Source: Planktothrix sp. GU0601_MAG3
GTDB lineage: Bacteria; Cyanobacteriota; Cyanobacteriia; Cyanobacteriales; Microcoleaceae
Length of the DNA stretch: 64,000 nucleotides
Assembly: GCA_035193785.1 (NCBI GenBank)
Contig: CP136572.1
Location: forward strand, 864,001-928,000
Reading direction: 5' to 3'
Positions 58,912 through 64,000 of this stretch are shown here, piece by piece. The stretch's first letter is position 1; each line of letters starts with the position of its first letter. Both the position numbers and the translations under genes were made by a program. Under the pieces are notes generated by a model, which worked only from the letters and a program-made list of their open reading frames with translations, was not told the DNA's origin and ran no database searches.

Positions 58912-60094
58912 ATGAATAATCAACGAATTTTATTTTTAAGTAATGGTCACGGCGAGGATACCTGTAATGGGGAAATTATTAAGGCGTTATTATCCTTAGA
59001 TGCCAATGTTCAAATGGCGGCAGTTCCTATTGTGGGAGAGGGCAATATTTATCAAGGGTTGGGAGTTCCAATTCTGACTCCGACTCGAACCATGCCATCG
59101 GGGGGATTTTTATATATGAATCCTTGGGTTTTTTTGCAGGATATCGCCTCGGGTTTAATGGGTTTATTGGGGAAACAATTACAAATTATTGGGCAACAGG
59201 CGGCATATTATGATGTTTTGATGGTAACGGGAGATATTGTGGTAGCTGCGATCGCTTATTTCACCCAAAAACCCTATATTATTTTTCTTTCTGCCTATTC
59301 TAGTTATTATGAAGGGAAACTTAATTTAGGGTTAATTTTACCTTTTTTGCTCAAGTCTCCTCGCTGTTTGGCTGTATTTACACGGGATCAGTTTACCGCA
59401 GATGATTTACAAAATCAAGGGATTAAAAAAGCTCAATTTGTCGGGACTCCCATGATGGATAATCTTACCCCAAGGGGAGTTAATTTAAACCTTGATTCTG
59501 AATCCCTAATGATTGCTATTCTTCCAGGTTCTCGTATTCCTGAAGCTAGAAATAATTTAATCTTGCTGTTAAAATTAGTGAAAATAATTGATCAAATTAG
59601 TGACCAAACAATTCAATTTAGAGTAGCTGCGGTAGCTAGTTTAATGGCGGAATTAGATGAAATTGCCAGAGGTTTAAATTGGCAACATCAAAACGGCAGA
59701 TTAACCAATAAAAAGGGTTTAGAGGTTATTTGTTATGCTGATAGTTTTGCCGATATTTTAAATGCGGCTAATTTAGTCATAGGAATGGCGGGAAACTGCG
59801 AACGAACAAGCTGTTGGTTTGGGAAAACCAGTGATTACAATTCCTGGGAATGGCCCAGCATTTAACTATCGGTTTGCCGAGGCACAATTAAGATTATTAG
59901 GATTATCAATTCAACTCATCGGAACTAAACCTGCGGATGATTTTATCTTAAATCAAGCTGCCGAAAAAGTCAATCAAACCTTAGAAAATACCGAGTATTT
60001 AAAATTATGTTTAGATAATGGAGAACGACGCATGGGAAAACCTGGAGGAAGTTTAAAAATTGCTAATTTTGTTTTAAGCTATAGTGGGGAATAG
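58912..60094 (+). CDS. Lipid-A-disaccharide synthase-related conserved protein; frameshift near 59792
   Basis: LSNGHGED, MPSGGF, LPGSR; corrected GMAGTANEQAVGLGKP. Confidence 0.82.
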
Positions 60095-60207
60095 GGAAAA
60101 AACTTGACTTTATAAGTTTACCGTGTTAGGGTTTGCTCCAACTGTTCGGCGCGATTGCCATATCAATGAAAACCAAGTTTTAAAAACTCTAAACTTTAAA
60201 AATAGTT

Positions 60208-61639
60208 ATGAAAAAAGTTTTATTCAGTAGTTTAATCTCTCTATTTAGTTTATCTCAACCCGTTTGGGGTCAAACCACTTCACCCGCTACAAAAATTTGT
60301 CCTGCGGAATTAGAACCTGCGATTAATGCGATCGCAAATCGTCCTCAATTTCAACAGTCTCGGTGGGGAATTTTAATCGAAACTCTCACTAACAATATAA
60401 CCGTTTATGATCGAGATAGTCAATATTATTTTATTCCCGCTTCCACGGCTAAACTATTAACAACAGCCGCCGCCCTACAAAAATTAGGAGCAGATTTTAG
60501 GATTAGGACTTCTGTTTATGGAGATACTCAAGGCAATATTTATATTGTCGGGAGAGGTGACCCTAGCTTAACAGAAACTCAACTAAAAGATCTAGCCCAA
60601 CAGCTAAAAAAAAGGGGTATAAATCAGATTAATCAATTAATCGCTGTAGATGGTTATTTTACCGGTTTACCCATTCATCCAACTTGGCAATGGGAAGACG
60701 TGCAAGCGGGTTATGGAGCCCCGAGTAATAGTTTAATCTTAAATCAAAATTCCCTAGATTTAAAATTAGCCCCCCAAGCTGTCGGACAACCCCTAAAAGT
60801 GACCTGGGTACGTCCCGAACAAGCAACGGGATGGACAATAGAAAATCAAACCCAAACTGTTAAAGAAAATGAACCGGAATTTGTGAAAATTGGGCGGGAT
60901 TTCAGCCAACCTATTATTAGAGTTTCGGGACAATTAAGAGTAGGTGAAGCACCGGAATCCGTTTATGCTGCTGTTATCGAACCAACTGATAACTTTATTC
61001 AACAATTCCAGAAAATTTTAATTAATTCTGGAATAAAAGTGTTAAAAACCTCAATTTCTTCTAATTTTGCCCATCCCCAAGAAGAATTAGCCTTTGTGGA
61101 ATCTCCTCCCTTGGCAGAATTAATTAAAACCATAAACCTAGAAAGTAATAATATTTTTGCTGAATCTTTATTAAGAACATTAGGGGCGCAAAATCATAGT
61201 TCTGATAGCGTGGAATCGGGACTCAAAGAAATCAAATTAATTTTAAATCAATTGGGCATTGATCCCAAGGGTTATCAACTATTTGATGGTTTCAGGACTG
61301 TCTCGGAATAATTTAGTTACGCCCTTGACTTTAGTACAAACCTTGAGAATAATGGCGACTTCTCCCATTGCAGAATTATATCAAAATTCTCTCCCCATCG
61401 GGGGAGTAAGTGGCACATTAAAAAGACGCTTTACAGATAATTCTGCCACGGGAATTGTACAAGCTAAAACCGGAACTATGGGCGGAGTTACTTCTTTATC
61501 CGGGTATATTTCCCCCCCAGATTATCAACCATTAGTGTTTAGTATTACCATTAATCAAAGCAACTTATCTACTCAACAACTCAGAGAAGCTGTTGATGAA
61601 ATAGTATTACTATTAACCCAATTAAAATCCTGTCCCTAA
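60208..61639 (+). CDS. dacB: D-alanyl-D-alanine carboxypeptidase/endopeptidase (PBP4, S13); frameshift near 61289
   Basis: PASTAK (SxxK), SNN, corrected DGSGLSR, AKTGT. Confidence 0.93.
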
Positions 61640-61752
61640 ACCGTTGTTGCGCCGTTGTTGCGCATCTTATCTTAATTAAAAATAATAATATGCGCTGAAG
61701 CCCAACAACATTTGATATAATATTGATTATATTTAATCAATAAAAATTTAAG

Positions 61753-62607
61753 ATGAACTCACCCACAGCAACTTTATTAGTTTCTTGTCCCGACCAAAAA
61801 GGTTTGGTTGCCAAAATTGCTAATTTTATTTATTCCAATGGGGGAAATATTATTCATGCCGATCAACATACGGATTTTAGTGCTAATATTTTTTTAACCC
61901 GAATTGAATGGCAATTAGAAGGATTTAATTTACCGCGTGATGTGATTTCGCCGGCTTTTAGTGCGATCGCAAAACCTTTAAATGCGAATTGGGAACTACG
62001 TTTTTCCGATACCATTCCCCGGTTATCTATTTGGGTGACAAAACAAGATCATTGTCTATTAGATTTACTCTGGCGATGGCAAGCCAAAGAAATTATTGCT
62101 GAAATTCCGTTAATAATTAGTAATCATGCTAACTTAAAACCTATTGCCGATCAATTTGGCATTAATTTTCATCATTTACCCATGACAACAGAAAATAAAT
62201 TAGAACAAGAGAATCAACAGTTAGAACTTTTAAAACAACACCAAATTGATTTAGTAGTTCTCGCTAAATATATGCAGATTTTAACCCCTAAAATTGTCGA
62301 TAATTTTTCCCAAATTATCAATATTCATCATTCATTTCTTCCCGCTTTTGCCGGGGCAAATCCCTATCAAAGAGCGCACGAAAGGGGGGTTAAAATTATC
62401 GGTGCAACCGCCCATTATGTAACCGCCGATTTAGACGAAGGGCCAATTATTGAACAGGATGTTGTGCGGGTCAGTCATCGGGACACCGTAGCAGATTTAA
62501 TTAGAAAAGGCAAGGATTTAGAACGATTAGTTTTAGCTAGAGCCGTTCGTTTACACTTGCAAAATCGCGTGTTAGTCTATGGAAATCGAACCGTTGTTTT
62601 TGCTTAA
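61753..62607 (+). CDS. purU: Formyltetrahydrofolate deformylase
   Basis: ACT domain CPDQKGLVA, INIHHSFLPAF, GVKIIGATAHY, DEGPII. Confidence 0.96.
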   Translation: MNSPTATLLVSCPDQKGLVAKIANFIYSNGGNIIHADQHTDFSANIFLTRIEWQLEGFNLPRDVISPAFSAIAKPLNANWELRFSDTIPRLSIWVTKQDHCLLDLLWRWQAKEIIAEIPLIISNHANLKPIADQFGINFHHLPMTTENKLEQENQQLELLKQHQIDLVVLAKYMQILTPKIVDNFSQIINIHHSFLPAFAGANPYQRAHERGVKIIGATAHYVTADLDEGPIIEQDVVRVSHRDTVADLIRKGKDLERLVLARAVRLHLQNRVLVYGNRTVVFA

Positions 62608-62636
62608 GTAGTAGTTCAAAATTAAGGAATTATCAA

Positions 62637-63182
62637 ATGAGTCAAACCTTAGAAGATTTAAAGATAGAATGGAACGCCATTAAAGCTCAAGCTGATGCGG
62701 TCAAAGCTGAATACGAAGGGTTAAGAAGCAAACGTTCTAACTTTCATGTTACCATTTTCTTGTCCTCCGATGCTTCCCCAGAATCCCTAGCCACCTTACA
62801 ACAACAAACCCAATCTGAAGCCCAGCGCTGGTCATTGAATTTACAACAACTTGACCAGGAAATTCAAACCACTCGCATTAAATTAAGACAATTTCGGGCT
62901 AAACTGGCCGTTAAACAGGCTCAAATTTATCGCTTTCAGGCTCAAAAAAATTGGATTGAACTCAAAAAAAATTATGACCGCATTAATCAATTAGCTAATC
63001 ATTTAGAGGAAGAAATTATGGGATTTTATAAAATCGCAGAAAATTTTGAACCTATTTCTGAAGAATGGCTTCCCAAACATCCTCAATTGTTAGAATTAGA
63101 AATTATTAATATTCCCTATATACAAACAGAGGAGAAACAATTTAAGATAATCAGTAAACCGATTAATTTTAATCTGGAATGA
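62637..63182 (+). CDS. Hypothetical coiled-coil protein
   Basis: 181-aa Q/E/K-rich ORF with RBS; overlaps the next gene (ATGA). Confidence 0.7.
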   Translation: MSQTLEDLKIEWNAIKAQADAVKAEYEGLRSKRSNFHVTIFLSSDASPESLATLQQQTQSEAQRWSLNLQQLDQEIQTTRIKLRQFRAKLAVKQAQIYRFQAQKNWIELKKNYDRINQLANHLEEEIMGFYKIAENFEPISEEWLPKHPQLLELEIINIPYIQTEEKQFKIISKPINFNLE

Positions 63183-64000
63183 AGGTAAAACCATGGATTA
63201 AGATTTTTTTCTGGGCGGTAATTGTGATGGGAATTATTATCGGATACTATTCTGGATTCTCCGACGATAAAATAGAGCCAATTGCTGTCTATTCTCAACC
63301 TCAGATTACGCTTTCTCCTTCCCTAATTGATCCTCAAATTGATACAATTGATCCGGCTCAACTCGGGAGTCATCTGAAAGTATTGGTGGGGGAAAGATTT
63401 CAAGATTCTGATCGAGAAAGGGTACGAAATTATTTGATCAAACAATTAGAATTATTTAACTTTTCTCCCAGTTTACAATCCTTTGATCAGGGTGTTAATA
63501 TTGTAGCAGAACATCTAGGAACCGATCCAAAAGCCGGAGTCATCTTACTGGCTGCCCATTATGATACGGTTTCCCAATTCTCCGGGGGCTGATGATAATG
63601 CCAGTGGGGTAGCGGTAGTTTTAGAAATTGCCCGTTTGTTGGCACAAAAAAACACCCCTCGCAGCTTAAAAATTGTCTTTTTTGATCAAGAAGAAGTCGG
63701 GCTTTTAGGCAGTTTTGCCTTTACGGAAAAACCCAAAAATCTGACAAATTTACAAGCGGCAATTATCTTAGATATGGTGGGTTATGCCTGTCATTTACCC
63801 GGTTGTCAAACCTATCCTTCAGGACTTGCTGTAACTCCGCTTTTAGAAGCTGCTGGAGTGAAATTTCCAGACCGAGGCGAATTTTTAACCGTAGTGGGGG
63901 AAGTCCAAAATTTATCCCTATTAAAAGTGTTTCAAATGGTCGGTCAATTTCTGAGAACATCAACCTCTAATTCCCTTCGGTTTCCGCCCCTTGTAGCTGT
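63179..64000 (+). CDS. M28-family peptidase, partial; frameshift near 63569
   Basis: AAHYDTV, corrected PNSPGADDNASG, FDQEEVGLLGS, LDMVG. Confidence 0.88.

Noticed and set aside
5158..63592. Mass pseudogenisation or genome decay
   Set aside because: Housekeeping genes are hit, each lesion is the same single-base insertion, and I saw no nonsense mutations or deletions in them.

Overview
Chromosomal window from an AT-rich cyanobacterium: more than 20 HIP1 (GCGATCGC) sites, pcyA, cphAB and ftrV; the patX-like gene suggests a filamentous oscillatorian, possibly Planktothrix-like (inference). It holds housekeeping genes (glyQ, dnaX, trmD, rnc, recA, pyrB, tilS, accB, efp, dacB, purU), two large repeat-rich surface/secreted proteins at the left end, a PIN toxin-antitoxin pair, and many REP-like, MITE-like and short tandem repeats. 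Main observations: (1) about 28 frameshifts, many in essential genes, are each repaired by deleting one base from GAAAC/GTTTC. These look like motif-specific sequencing errors at GAAC/GTTC, the motif known for Dnd phosphorothioation, so they may be the footprint of a DNA modification. (2) A patX-like gene (PHRGSGR) is followed by a hidden tandem paralogue ending PKRGDGRR, each behind a DIF1-like promoter. (3) A KAS III / SDR / MBL hydrolase / ceramide-glucosyltransferase-like cluster is split by an HTH-NB-ARC-TPR gene. (4) A NYN RNase gene is bracketed by two copies of a hairpin MITE-like element, one of which abuts the rnc start codon. (5) A 12 x 88-bp REP-doublet array. No rRNA, tRNA, CRISPR array or transposase was recognised. 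CDS coordinates of frameshifted genes are given as reconstructed.
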